Part shown: in pieces, positions 28,942-37,575 of the stretch
Numbering within the stretch: the first letter of the stretch is position 1
Layout: each line of letters begins with the position of its first letter
Sequence record: SRR20825006_194
Length of the DNA: 64,000 nucleotides
Reading direction: 5' to 3' (one strand)
Notes under the pieces: generated by a model
What the model saw: only the letters and a program-made list of their open reading frames with translations
Told to the model about the DNA's origin: nothing
The model's database searches: none
Position numbers and translations under genes: made by a program

Positions 28942-30669
28942 TTAAATCTGGCTAAGTAAGAATGCTAGAATTAGGTAGCCTACTACAATTGCCCAAGAGA
29001 TTAAAAAGCCTTTCATATCTACTTTATAGTTCTTGAAGCTGAACTTCTTATCTTTCTTGAATAAATCTACAAGTATCAATCCCTCTCCTACTTCAAGTGC
29101 TGCTGTGTTATCTAATAATGGTACAATGTTTTCCTCAGATTGAGCATTTCTTCGCTTAGGCTTCTCCAAATCTGAAACTGATATTCCTACATCCTCTAGG
29201 CGTTGCTCTTGGCCAACAGGCGTATTTAGAAGAGAATAGAATCGATTCACTATAGCTTCATCTTCAGGCTTTGTAAACCAGCTTACCGTTATCATTGTAG
29301 CAAAGCCAATCGGAATATATAATGCTACTTGCTCAGGAAAGCTCCAGCCGTAATAACTTGTAGTGAATGAAATTATAGCTGTAATAATCATGGATGACCA
29401 AGCTCCATAACGATTCGCACCTTTCCAAAAAACGGCAGCCCAAAAAGCAATTCCTAAGAAGGCCATAATTTTCCAGATTAAAAGTAATCCTTCTACTACG
29501 GTTGGGATGTATAAAGCAATTCCAACGCCAGCGGCAACCACAAAGAACGAACTAATTCGTGCAACACTTAAATAATGTTTTTCTTCGGCGTCTTGTTTTA
29601 AGAAACGCTGGTAGAAATTTCGAGTAAAAAGAGCGGAGCCATTCACCATAAAGTTATTACAAGAAGCAACCACAGCTGCAATCATAGCAGCTATCATCAA
29701 GCCTATAAATCCAGTCGGAAGTAACTCAACAATAGCTCTACCAAAAGCCAATTCTCTTTCCGAAGAATCTGCGTTTACAATAGATGGAAATACAACGGCA
29801 ATCAAAATACCTGAAAAAGCCCAACCTAGTGTTGCGAAACGCTTAATGAAAGTCCCGTAAGTCCAACCACTTCTACAATTAATTTCTGTTTTCCCCGAGC
29901 CATTTATTGCCATGTGATGAGGCTGAACTACCACTCCAATCAAACCGTTTAATACCGCCATCGCGATAAAGAAAAGTGTCACTTCTTCGTTTGCAACCAA
30001 GCTAAACCAATCGGTTGGCAAAGCAGCATGTGCGGCCTCCATCCCTCCAATTCTTTCTAATGCAAACGGAATGATTAAGAATGAAAGTAGTAGAATGAAA
30101 AAGCCTTGAATAAGCTGTGTTGCAGCAGCGGCAACCAAACCACCTAATGCTCCATAAATTACAAAGAAGAGCATCATTCCAATAACTGCAACTTCTGTTG
30201 AAATAGCACCTCCAGTAACCGCTTCAATAGTAACACCTGTTCCTTTTAAAACCACGCCTATGTTTGCGGCAAACCAAGTTAAGCCCACAAAAGCGTACGC
30301 AGCTCCCATTCCAGTTCCATAACGTTGCTCAAAGAAATCGCCAATAGTAATGTAGCGTAGACGTCTATAAATGGGGGCAATTAACCAGAAAAATGGCGTC
30401 GAAAATAAGTACAGCCATTGGTACCAGATTCCAGCTAAACCAATTTGTGAAGATGCGCCAATTACGGCCACAACTTGATCGGTTCGAGTCCCAGCACCGA
30501 AAGCTTGGGCAACCATAAGTAGCTTTCCAAACTTACGACCTCCCATAAAATAATCACCAGTAGATTTAACAGCTCGATTTGAATACAAACCAATTGCCGT
30601 AATTACTGATATATAAATGCTGAGAATAATCCAGTCTAAAACACTGATTCCTAGAAAGTATACACTCAT
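28942..30669 (-). CDS. Sodium:solute symporter family transporter
   Basis: DYFMGGRKFG, ITIGDFFEQRYG, YGALGGL.A, LP.GFIGLMIAAMIAA; many TM segments. Start trimmed to ATG 30669. Confidence 0.88.
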   Translation of the reverse strand: MSVYFLGISVLDWIILSIYISVITAIGLYSNRAVKSTGDYFMGGRKFGKLLMVAQAFGAGTRTDQVVAVIGASSQIGLAGIWYQWLYLFSTPFFWLIAPIYRRLRYITIGDFFEQRYGTGMGAAYAFVGLTWFAANIGVVLKGTGVTIEAVTGGAISTEVAVIGMMLFFVIYGALGGLVAAAATQLIQGFFILLLSFLIIPFALERIGGMEAAHAALPTDWFSLVANEEVTLFFIAMAVLNGLIGVVVQPHHMAINGSGKTEINCRSGWTYGTFIKRFATLGWAFSGILIAVVFPSIVNADSSERELAFGRAIVELLPTGFIGLMIAAMIAAVVASCNNFMVNGSALFTRNFYQRFLKQDAEEKHYLSVARISSFFVVAAGVGIALYIPTVVEGLLLIWKIMAFLGIAFWAAVFWKGANRYGAWSSMIITAIISFTTSYYGWSFPEQVALYIPIGFATMITVSWFTKPEDEAIVNRFYSLLNTPVGQEQRLEDVGISVSDLEKPKRRNAQSEENIVPLLDNTAALEVGEGLILVDLFKKDKKFSFKNYKVDMKGFLISWAIVVGYLILAFLLSQI

Positions 30670-30670
30670 A

Positions 30671-32455
30671 TTAGTTTTCCATGTTCTGATATTCGTCCAT
30701 TGCAATGGCTGCGTAAATTACCGCACCTAAACCTCGTGGGTCATTTAATCGAGCTCCCCAATCTGCATATTCTTGATCTGAGAACATAATTGGCGTTCCA
30801 CGAACAATTCCAATTACATTACCATCTTCATCAATTTGCTGAGCAAGAGCATTCCAGCCTTTATCAATGCTTTCAGCATATTTCTCTTTGGGTAACCAAC
30901 CTTCTATAACACCTACTGCATAGGCCCTTACAAACATCGCTGTTGCTGAAGTTTCAAGGTAGGTAGAAGAGTTATCCAACACTTGATGCCATCTTCCATC
31001 TTCGGCTTGGACTTTTAATAAACCATCGGCATGATTCTTAAAGATCTCTATAATTTGTGCTCTTTTAGGATGATTTATTGGCATTGCAAGTAACAACTCT
31101 GTTTTGGCCATCATCGTCCAACCGTTGGCTCTGCCCCATTTACTTGGAGAATATTCTCCATTTCTGGAAAAATAACCATGCCAATATAAACTGCTCGCAT
31201 CATCACGTAAGTGACTATCAAAAAGAATTACTTGTTTTACCACTTCATCCAAATATTTTTGGTCGCCTGTAAGTTCAGTCATTTTTAAGAGAACGATGGA
31301 ACTCATAAATAAATCATCTGCCCAAACACTCATGGTATCTGGCGTAAAACGAGCAAATGTGCCGTCTTCTAATCGAGAAGCTTTTTCTAAGATATAGTCA
31401 GAAACTCCATGCGCTAATTGCTCTTCAACTTCATTTCCTTCTAAGCCTTCATCAATAAGTCGATTTACATATGGCACTGTTTGCATTCCGATATCATCCA
31501 ATAAAGAGTATCTAAAATAATGCCCAAAAGGACTTTCTCTAAGTCCGTAATCGTCTCGCATTTGCTGAATATCATCCCTGTTATCAAGGAAGAAATTGAG
31601 GTGATTGTTGATGTATTCTGAATAGTCTAAGTCTGAAAAATGACGATCAGCACTGCGCATTGCATCCAAAAACGTACCTGTAAAATAGCGCCAATCTTGA
31701 TAAGCTAATTTCCCTGGCAAACCTTTTACTAAATTCAATTTAGGCAGGTTCCAACGAATGGATTTACCAGCATTGCTGGGATACTCTTCAGTCAGCATTT
31801 CTGTGACTGAGATATTAGGGTTTTCAATTTGGGAAGCATCAAACTTTTTTGAAAGTGGTCCTAGCCACCAGTATCCAAAATGTTCAAAATCTTCATCTTC
31901 TGAAGGTGCATGTAATTTAACAGCAGGATGAGCAAGACCATTATCAAAGCGTAAGAATCCGAAATTTATTCTATTTTCTGCCTTATTTCTTGGCTCAAAA
32001 CGGATAACTAATGTGTGTTCTCCTTCTGTGAGAGCGACTTTTACTTTGTCGTTATAATCGAACAATCCATAATCATCATGACTTAATCTTCCTTGTTTGG
32101 AAGAAGAATTGCTAAAAACTTCATTGCCATCAATATGAACACTAATTGCCCCTGCAGCATGAGTTACCCCAAGTTCCATTTCCGGTAAAGACTGAATTTC
32201 CTCAGAAACAACAACCTTTGATCTTGCATAGTAAACACCCGCTTCTTTTGTGGGGATATCTATTAAATAAGAACCATCTTGCTCAAATTCTTCCACCTTT
32301 GGAGTAAATTCGAAAGAAGTTCCATTTACGATTATGTCAGAAACATGCTTTGTTAGTTCTTTGGGGGATAATGTTTCTTTTTTGGGCGAAGAACATGAAT
32401 ACAAACTTACAGCTAGTACAAGTAGTAGGAGTTCTATTTTGGGGAAATATTTCAT
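30671..32455 (-). CDS. GH105/GH88-type unsaturated uronyl hydrolase lipoprotein with extra beta-sandwich module
   Basis: Lipobox LYSC; DWRY..G, LDDIG, WADDLFMS, KWGRANGW, GRWHQVLD..STYLETSATAMF GH105 motifs. Confidence 0.85.
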   Translation of the reverse strand: MKYFPKIELLLLVLAVSLYSCSSPKKETLSPKELTKHVSDIIVNGTSFEFTPKVEEFEQDGSYLIDIPTKEAGVYYARSKVVVSEEIQSLPEMELGVTHAAGAISVHIDGNEVFSNSSSKQGRLSHDDYGLFDYNDKVKVALTEGEHTLVIRFEPRNKAENRINFGFLRFDNGLAHPAVKLHAPSEDEDFEHFGYWWLGPLSKKFDASQIENPNISVTEMLTEEYPSNAGKSIRWNLPKLNLVKGLPGKLAYQDWRYFTGTFLDAMRSADRHFSDLDYSEYINNHLNFFLDNRDDIQQMRDDYGLRESPFGHYFRYSLLDDIGMQTVPYVNRLIDEGLEGNEVEEQLAHGVSDYILEKASRLEDGTFARFTPDTMSVWADDLFMSSIVLLKMTELTGDQKYLDEVVKQVILFDSHLRDDASSLYWHGYFSRNGEYSPSKWGRANGWTMMAKTELLLAMPINHPKRAQIIEIFKNHADGLLKVQAEDGRWHQVLDNSSTYLETSATAMFVRAYAVGVIEGWLPKEKYAESIDKGWNALAQQIDEDGNVIGIVRGTPIMFSDQEYADWGARLNDPRGLGAVIYAAIAMDEYQNMEN

Positions 32456-32481
32456 GTTGATTAGTTTCAGAATTCGATGGA

Positions 32482-33309
32482 TTATTTTTTGTAAATCAAT
32501 GGATTAAGATCGGTTTTAGCGATGTCTCCAGGGTTTAGATTAGGAAGAAATGCATCACGATCGGCTAGATGTGGTGTTCTTGTAAATTCGCTTACTTTAA
32601 TTCCATCTTCCATATAAATGATGGTCATAACAGCGCGAGTTTTATCCGAAACATTAGGCCCAGCTCTATGGAATGTCCAACCTGAATGGAAGCTAATTTC
32701 ACCAGCATCAAAACCAGAATCGACCAGTTCCAAATTTGCATCAGCAAGTTTGGATTGAATGATGGCTTCACTTTCTGTGCTGATTTCTAAATCTCGACCA
32801 AAATCATATTTTTGGCTTCCTAAGCTAAATGCGAGCGGTCCCATATCCTTTGTTGTCTCTTGAAGTGGAATCCAAGCTGTAATGGTGTTATCACTGGCTA
32901 AAGGCCAATAAAATTGATCAGCATGCCAAGGAGTAATGTTATTAATTGAACCCGCTGGTTCTTTGTATAAAGCTTGGTCGTGATAAAGGCGAACTCCTTC
33001 TACTTGCATCAAATCGGCAGCAATTTTGCCGAGCTTTTTGCTCAATATCAACTTCCTCACAGTTTCGTTATCCTTCCAGAGATTAGTTATCTGTATAAAA
33101 GCCTTTTCGAAAGCCGTTCTTTCTTCCATCGGCTTTTTGAGCAATGGATTCTTTTCGACTACCTCTTTTGTAATTTCTTTATTGAAGAAGTCAAGAGTTT
33201 CCGTATCCAAAACTTGCTTTAGCTTTATATAACCATGCTCTTGATAGTAGCTAATTTGTTCCGATGTTAGCTCAAAAGGTTCATTCAGGTTTTTATCTAA
33301 GTCATGCAT
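32482..33309 (-). CDS. PhyH-family Fe(II)/2-oxoglutarate dioxygenase
   Basis: YQEHGYI, LYHDQALYKEP, TPWHADQFYW (HxD), TAWIPL, FHSGWTFHRAGPN....R. Start ATG 33309 overlaps the upstream stop. Confidence 0.88.
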   Translation of the reverse strand: MHDLDKNLNEPFELTSEQISYYQEHGYIKLKQVLDTETLDFFNKEITKEVVEKNPLLKKPMEERTAFEKAFIQITNLWKDNETVRKLILSKKLGKIAADLMQVEGVRLYHDQALYKEPAGSINNITPWHADQFYWPLASDNTITAWIPLQETTKDMGPLAFSLGSQKYDFGRDLEISTESEAIIQSKLADANLELVDSGFDAGEISFHSGWTFHRAGPNVSDKTRAVMTIIYMEDGIKVSEFTRTPHLADRDAFLPNLNPGDIAKTDLNPLIYKK

Positions 33310-34057
33310 TTTCGTTCTCCATAACAAATGTTGCAGCCTCAGTATCAATAAAAAGCTTGGCGTTATTATGAACTCTTAAAATGGTTGCTGGACATTCTGT
33401 AGAAATCGGGCTGAATAACGTTTTTTGAATGGCCTCAGCCTTCTGTGGACCAGGAACAACAACCGACAAATACGTTGCTTTCATTAATGCAGGAATTGTT
33501 AAAGTAGCAGCCGTTTTTGGAACATCATCTACATGTGGGAATTCGCCATCGTTCACTTGTTGCTGTCGACATACTAAATCCAACTCCACTTCTTTCACGG
33601 TTTTATTATCGTAAAAATCTGCAACGGGAGGATCATTAAACGCCAGATGACCATTTTCTCCAATTCCCAAACAAACTAGATCAATTGGAGCTTCATCAAC
33701 AATTTTAGCATAATCATCTAGACTTTCGCCAAAGTAATGCACCTGCTTGAAATCCTTATGCTTAAATAGATGCTCCTTCAAAAAATTCCCAAAACGTTGT
33801 GGGGCAGTAGCGGGCAAAGTGTTGTATTCATCCATGTGGAGAGCAACAATTTTGTTCCACTCAATACTATCAATATTCAGTAATGCTGAAATAAACTCAC
33901 GTTGAGAAGCTGCAGCAGCAAACACAATTCGTATCTCCTCTTTGGTTTTCAAAACCTGTGCGATTATTGACGCTACATGTTCTGCGGCTTCTTTACCCAT
34001 ACTTTTTCTATCAGGAAAAACGGCAACTTTTAAGGTATCTATCTCAAATTCTTTCAC
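33302..34057 (-). CDS. Glucosamine-6-phosphate deaminase-like (NagB/6-phosphogluconolactonase family) protein
   Basis: HMDEY, LGIGENGHLAFNDP, TLTIPALM, KAEAI, CPATILR.H; GTG start with GAGGA SD. Confidence 0.8.
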   Translation of the reverse strand: MKEFEIDTLKVAVFPDRKSMGKEAAEHVASIIAQVLKTKEEIRIVFAAAASQREFISALLNIDSIEWNKIVALHMDEYNTLPATAPQRFGNFLKEHLFKHKDFKQVHYFGESLDDYAKIVDEAPIDLVCLGIGENGHLAFNDPPVADFYDNKTVKEVELDLVCRQQQVNDGEFPHVDDVPKTAATLTIPALMKATYLSVVVPGPQKAEAIQKTLFSPISTECPATILRVHNNAKLFIDTEAATFVMENENA

Positions 34058-34072
34058 TTTAATGTCCTCTTG

Positions 34073-36646
34073 TTAATCAATAATTTTATATCGGTTTTTG
34101 GTGCTTCTCATTTCAGAATCTGGAAGTCTAAAGCTGAAACCCCAATCTCCTTTCCCGTTAGTTATCTTTACCATCAGATGATTTCTCCCCTCTTTAAGAG
34201 GTAGAAATAGTTCATCATCGTCGGCTTTAAATGCTCTTTCTACAATATTTTTGTGAACTTGAACTCCATTTAAATAAACTTCTACCCCATCGCTACTACC
34301 AACTAAAGCTCGTACTTTTTGGTCTGTTGCAACATCGATATGAGCGAAGGCATACATCACAGAGTTTTCACTTTGCTCATAAAGCTCAGCTAGGTCAACT
34401 TTTGCGAAATACGGTGTGTTAACTCTTTTCCATCTATACTTTACATCGTTGTAGTAGAATTCCTCAGTTACACTAGGAAAAGTTTTTGAAATACCACTAG
34501 TAGCTTCTAAATGATCTTCCCCCGAATCTTTGTAGCCCATTGGATTTGGAATAGGCTCTATCATCAACCAGCCTCTAAAATACCAACCATCCGCTTTCTG
34601 AATATCTATTCGGATTTCTGAAGGCTCTGGTAAAGCTTCGTCTCTATCAAAAGCATACGTGGCACTCATGAGAGAGTCTTTCACTTCACCCAAATCACTG
34701 ATTAAATTGTTGTATTGCGTTGCAATTCTATCCCAAGCATACACTCTATTTTCTTGCATCCATAACGAACTATTAAACTCTTCAAGCACTTCTAATGAAC
34801 TGTAAGATTCCGAAATTGCTCGATATGCTTTAACCAGCAGTCTTCTAGCTTTGGCTGGATTTGAATTTTGAATGGAAACTGCTTCACGATATGCTTCCGA
34901 TGCAGATACAATTGCAGGGCGACTTTCTGCCAAGAACTTATATTGATTGATAGTAAGCTGGATGTACTCTACATCTTGGGAATAAATCAGTGGATCATAA
35001 TTCTTCAAAGCCATTTCAGCACTTTGTACAATTCCGTCTACTTTTTCCCAATCGCTAATGTTGATTAGTCTCGATTTACCTTTCTCAGGAATGATTCTAT
35101 CCCAAAAAATGGCTTCATTCATTTTCTCGGTAGATTTGATATCTGCTAACTTATTCAGTTCATGGATTGCTTCAGATAATCCGTTGTTGGTACTTCCATA
35201 CACCGCTTGGTTAAATCTACTATCATAACTTTCATCAGTAGGATTGCTATTCCAGCTTTGGTCTGCAGCAAATGCAACTCCATACCAATCTCTAGAAAAC
35301 AACGCAGCTCCACCATCATCCCAAACAGTATTCAACATTCCCCAAACACCTTGCTTCACTGTTTCTTCCATAAAACCGCCGATATTGCCAATTGCAGTAT
35401 TAAAATCAGGCATAATACTTCTGGAGTTTAGGATACCAGTTGAAACTAATTGCGTATAACCTGCTTCTTTAAACGGCAATATTCTATGCGAATAATCATC
35501 CATTATATCGTAGCCCCAAGTAACCAGAATAATGTCTTTTGGTAGCAGATCAAGGAGCGCAGGATGTTCTAAAACCAAATCTCCCCACACCATAATTGTC
35601 TTCCCCATCGGAGTTATGATATCGTAAATTCTTTTTATGTGGTTTGCATAAACCACGTCGTAGCCAAGACTGTCAACCATGGCTTTGGAAGCCCCAGAAC
35701 CTAGATCGAAGGTTTCATCGGAGTTCACATGGAAGTACTTGGAGTGAAACGCTGGAATCATTTCCTTGTAAATATCTTCTAGCAGTTCATAGCTTTCTTC
35801 AAATGCTGGCGAAAGTAATGTTCCATTCTCTCCTAAATGTGCAAATTCAGGGTGCTTTAAGATTTGATCGAAGTGCCCAAACGATTGGAAATTACCTACT
35901 AAGTCGATGTGATATTTTTGTGCATAATCGGCGAGATCCTTCCACTCTTCAATACTTAACGCGCCGCCAGGAGGTGCAAATTCTGGGTGACTTTTTGTTT
36001 TAACGACATCCTGAGTGTAGTAAGTAAGCATATTCACTTTCATTTCAGCCATACGCTCAATCTGCTGATGCATATATTCTTTTGTAGGAACGGGACCACG
36101 ACTTATGTCATCCATCATTCCACGAATTTCCATGTCAGGCCAATCTGTAATTAGTAATCCTGGAATATTTCCAGAAATTCTATTGGTTCTAATAAGCTGT
36201 TTTAAAGTTTGAACACCGTAAAACACTCCTTTGGTTGTAGCAGCAACAACAATAATTTCAGAAGCCGAAACCTTGATTTGATAGCCTTCCTCTCCAATTG
36301 AAACTGGAACTTCAAGTCCATGTTCTTTTATAATTTTAGAAAACGACTTATTAAAACCTTTTACTCCAATAATGATTTTTCTGCTAGTCTTGTTCGATGT
36401 GAATTGGAAATCAGCATCTATGCTTTGCTGAAATTCACCTGTTAACTGACTTGCTAGAAACTCTACTTCTTGTTTGTCTTTGAGGAAACTCTGTAGATGA
36501 AACGATCCTTTCAAATCGAACGAACCGTTCGTGAATTGAACTTGCTGAGGCGCAGGTACAATAGAAATATGTTGTGCAATAAGCTCAACAAAGGAGCTCA
36601 TGCATAGAATCATTAAACAGAGTGTAAACTTGGTTCTATTTTTCAT
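34073..36646 (-). CDS. GH20 beta-N-acetylhexosaminidase-like protein with C-terminal beta-sandwich
   Basis: Signal peptide; IVPAPQ, EEGYQI, GVFYGVQTLKQL, ITDWP..IRG..DDISRG, FGH, FHVNSDET (catalytic DE), VWGD. Confidence 0.85.
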   Translation of the reverse strand: MKNRTKFTLCLMILCMSSFVELIAQHISIVPAPQQVQFTNGSFDLKGSFHLQSFLKDKQEVEFLASQLTGEFQQSIDADFQFTSNKTSRKIIIGVKGFNKSFSKIIKEHGLEVPVSIGEEGYQIKVSASEIIVVAATTKGVFYGVQTLKQLIRTNRISGNIPGLLITDWPDMEIRGMMDDISRGPVPTKEYMHQQIERMAEMKVNMLTYYTQDVVKTKSHPEFAPPGGALSIEEWKDLADYAQKYHIDLVGNFQSFGHFDQILKHPEFAHLGENGTLLSPAFEESYELLEDIYKEMIPAFHSKYFHVNSDETFDLGSGASKAMVDSLGYDVVYANHIKRIYDIITPMGKTIMVWGDLVLEHPALLDLLPKDIILVTWGYDIMDDYSHRILPFKEAGYTQLVSTGILNSRSIMPDFNTAIGNIGGFMEETVKQGVWGMLNTVWDDGGAALFSRDWYGVAFAADQSWNSNPTDESYDSRFNQAVYGSTNNGLSEAIHELNKLADIKSTEKMNEAIFWDRIIPEKGKSRLINISDWEKVDGIVQSAEMALKNYDPLIYSQDVEYIQLTINQYKFLAESRPAIVSASEAYREAVSIQNSNPAKARRLLVKAYRAISESYSSLEVLEEFNSSLWMQENRVYAWDRIATQYNNLISDLGEVKDSLMSATYAFDRDEALPEPSEIRIDIQKADGWYFRGWLMIEPIPNPMGYKDSGEDHLEATSGISKTFPSVTEEFYYNDVKYRWKRVNTPYFAKVDLAELYEQSENSVMYAFAHIDVATDQKVRALVGSSDGVEVYLNGVQVHKNIVERAFKADDDELFLPLKEGRNHLMVKITNGKGDWGFSFRLPDSEMRSTKNRYKIID

Positions 36647-37557
36647 AAGGCATGGGTTTTAAGATTCTCTTCAATGAATTGTGCGGCGTCTTTATAGCTT
36701 TTATCTAAATCTTGCACATCAGATTCAGCTCCACCAATGTCTATTCCAAAATGACCTTTATAGTCAATCACGTTGAGCGTTTCGAAGAAATCATCCCATC
36801 GAATGATGCCATCTCCGATTGCTAAGTGTTCTACCCTACTTCCTCTATTATCCGAAATGTGGATGTAGTCGATATAGTCTGCAAGTCGTCTTAGCGAAAG
36901 CTGAAGATTATCCCTTAGCATGTATTGGTTTGCCGTATCAAAATTAAAACGAAGATTATCTCGGCCAACTGCATCATGGAAATGCAAAAAACCATCCGTA
37001 GTAGAAGACAGCACACCTAAAGCTGGATGCATTTGATAAGTCAATCCAAACGAGGCTGCGATATCGCAAGCTTGGCGATAATTAGAAACCATGTCGTTCC
37101 AATAGCTTTTCCAATTCAGATTATCTGGAAAGCGAGCTGCTAGAATCACATCTTCATGATAATGGCGTACAATGGGAATGTTTTCAGGAAATTGATATGG
37201 AGGCAATGGAGCATTATCCAACACACCCAAGGCACCCAAATCTTTAGCAATTTCACAGCCTTTTTCGAAAAGAGCTAGATTTTTCTCGCGTTCAGCTCCA
37301 TCTGCCGAAGACAATCCCGGCAAAACAACACAATAATAAGGAACTTTCAATTCGTTCTTTTTCACATACTCCGCAATTTCTGTTTTGCGGCTATACACCT
37401 TCATTAAATGCTCCTCTCTTATTCCCTCTAGTTCAATAGAAGAAAATCCAAGCGACTTAAACTCGTCGATATACTTCAACGTGTCTTCAGCCGCAGGAGG
37501 ATATCCGTATTTAGTAATTGGATACAGATAACAACAGGTAATTCTTGGGTGTATCAT
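36643..37557 (-). CDS. Xylose-isomerase-like TIM-barrel sugar isomerase/epimerase
   Basis: GFSSIELEG, FNFDTAN, YIHISDN, HLAIGDG.I.W, DYKG pattern of the AP_endonuc_2 fold. Confidence 0.78.
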   Translation of the reverse strand: MIHPRITCCYLYPITKYGYPPAAEDTLKYIDEFKSLGFSSIELEGIREEHLMKVYSRKTEIAEYVKKNELKVPYYCVVLPGLSSADGAEREKNLALFEKGCEIAKDLGALGVLDNAPLPPYQFPENIPIVRHYHEDVILAARFPDNLNWKSYWNDMVSNYRQACDIAASFGLTYQMHPALGVLSSTTDGFLHFHDAVGRDNLRFNFDTANQYMLRDNLQLSLRRLADYIDYIHISDNRGSRVEHLAIGDGIIRWDDFFETLNVIDYKGHFGIDIGGAESDVQDLDKSYKDAAQFIEENLKTHAL

Positions 37558-37575
37558 TGTGAAATAAAACCTTAC

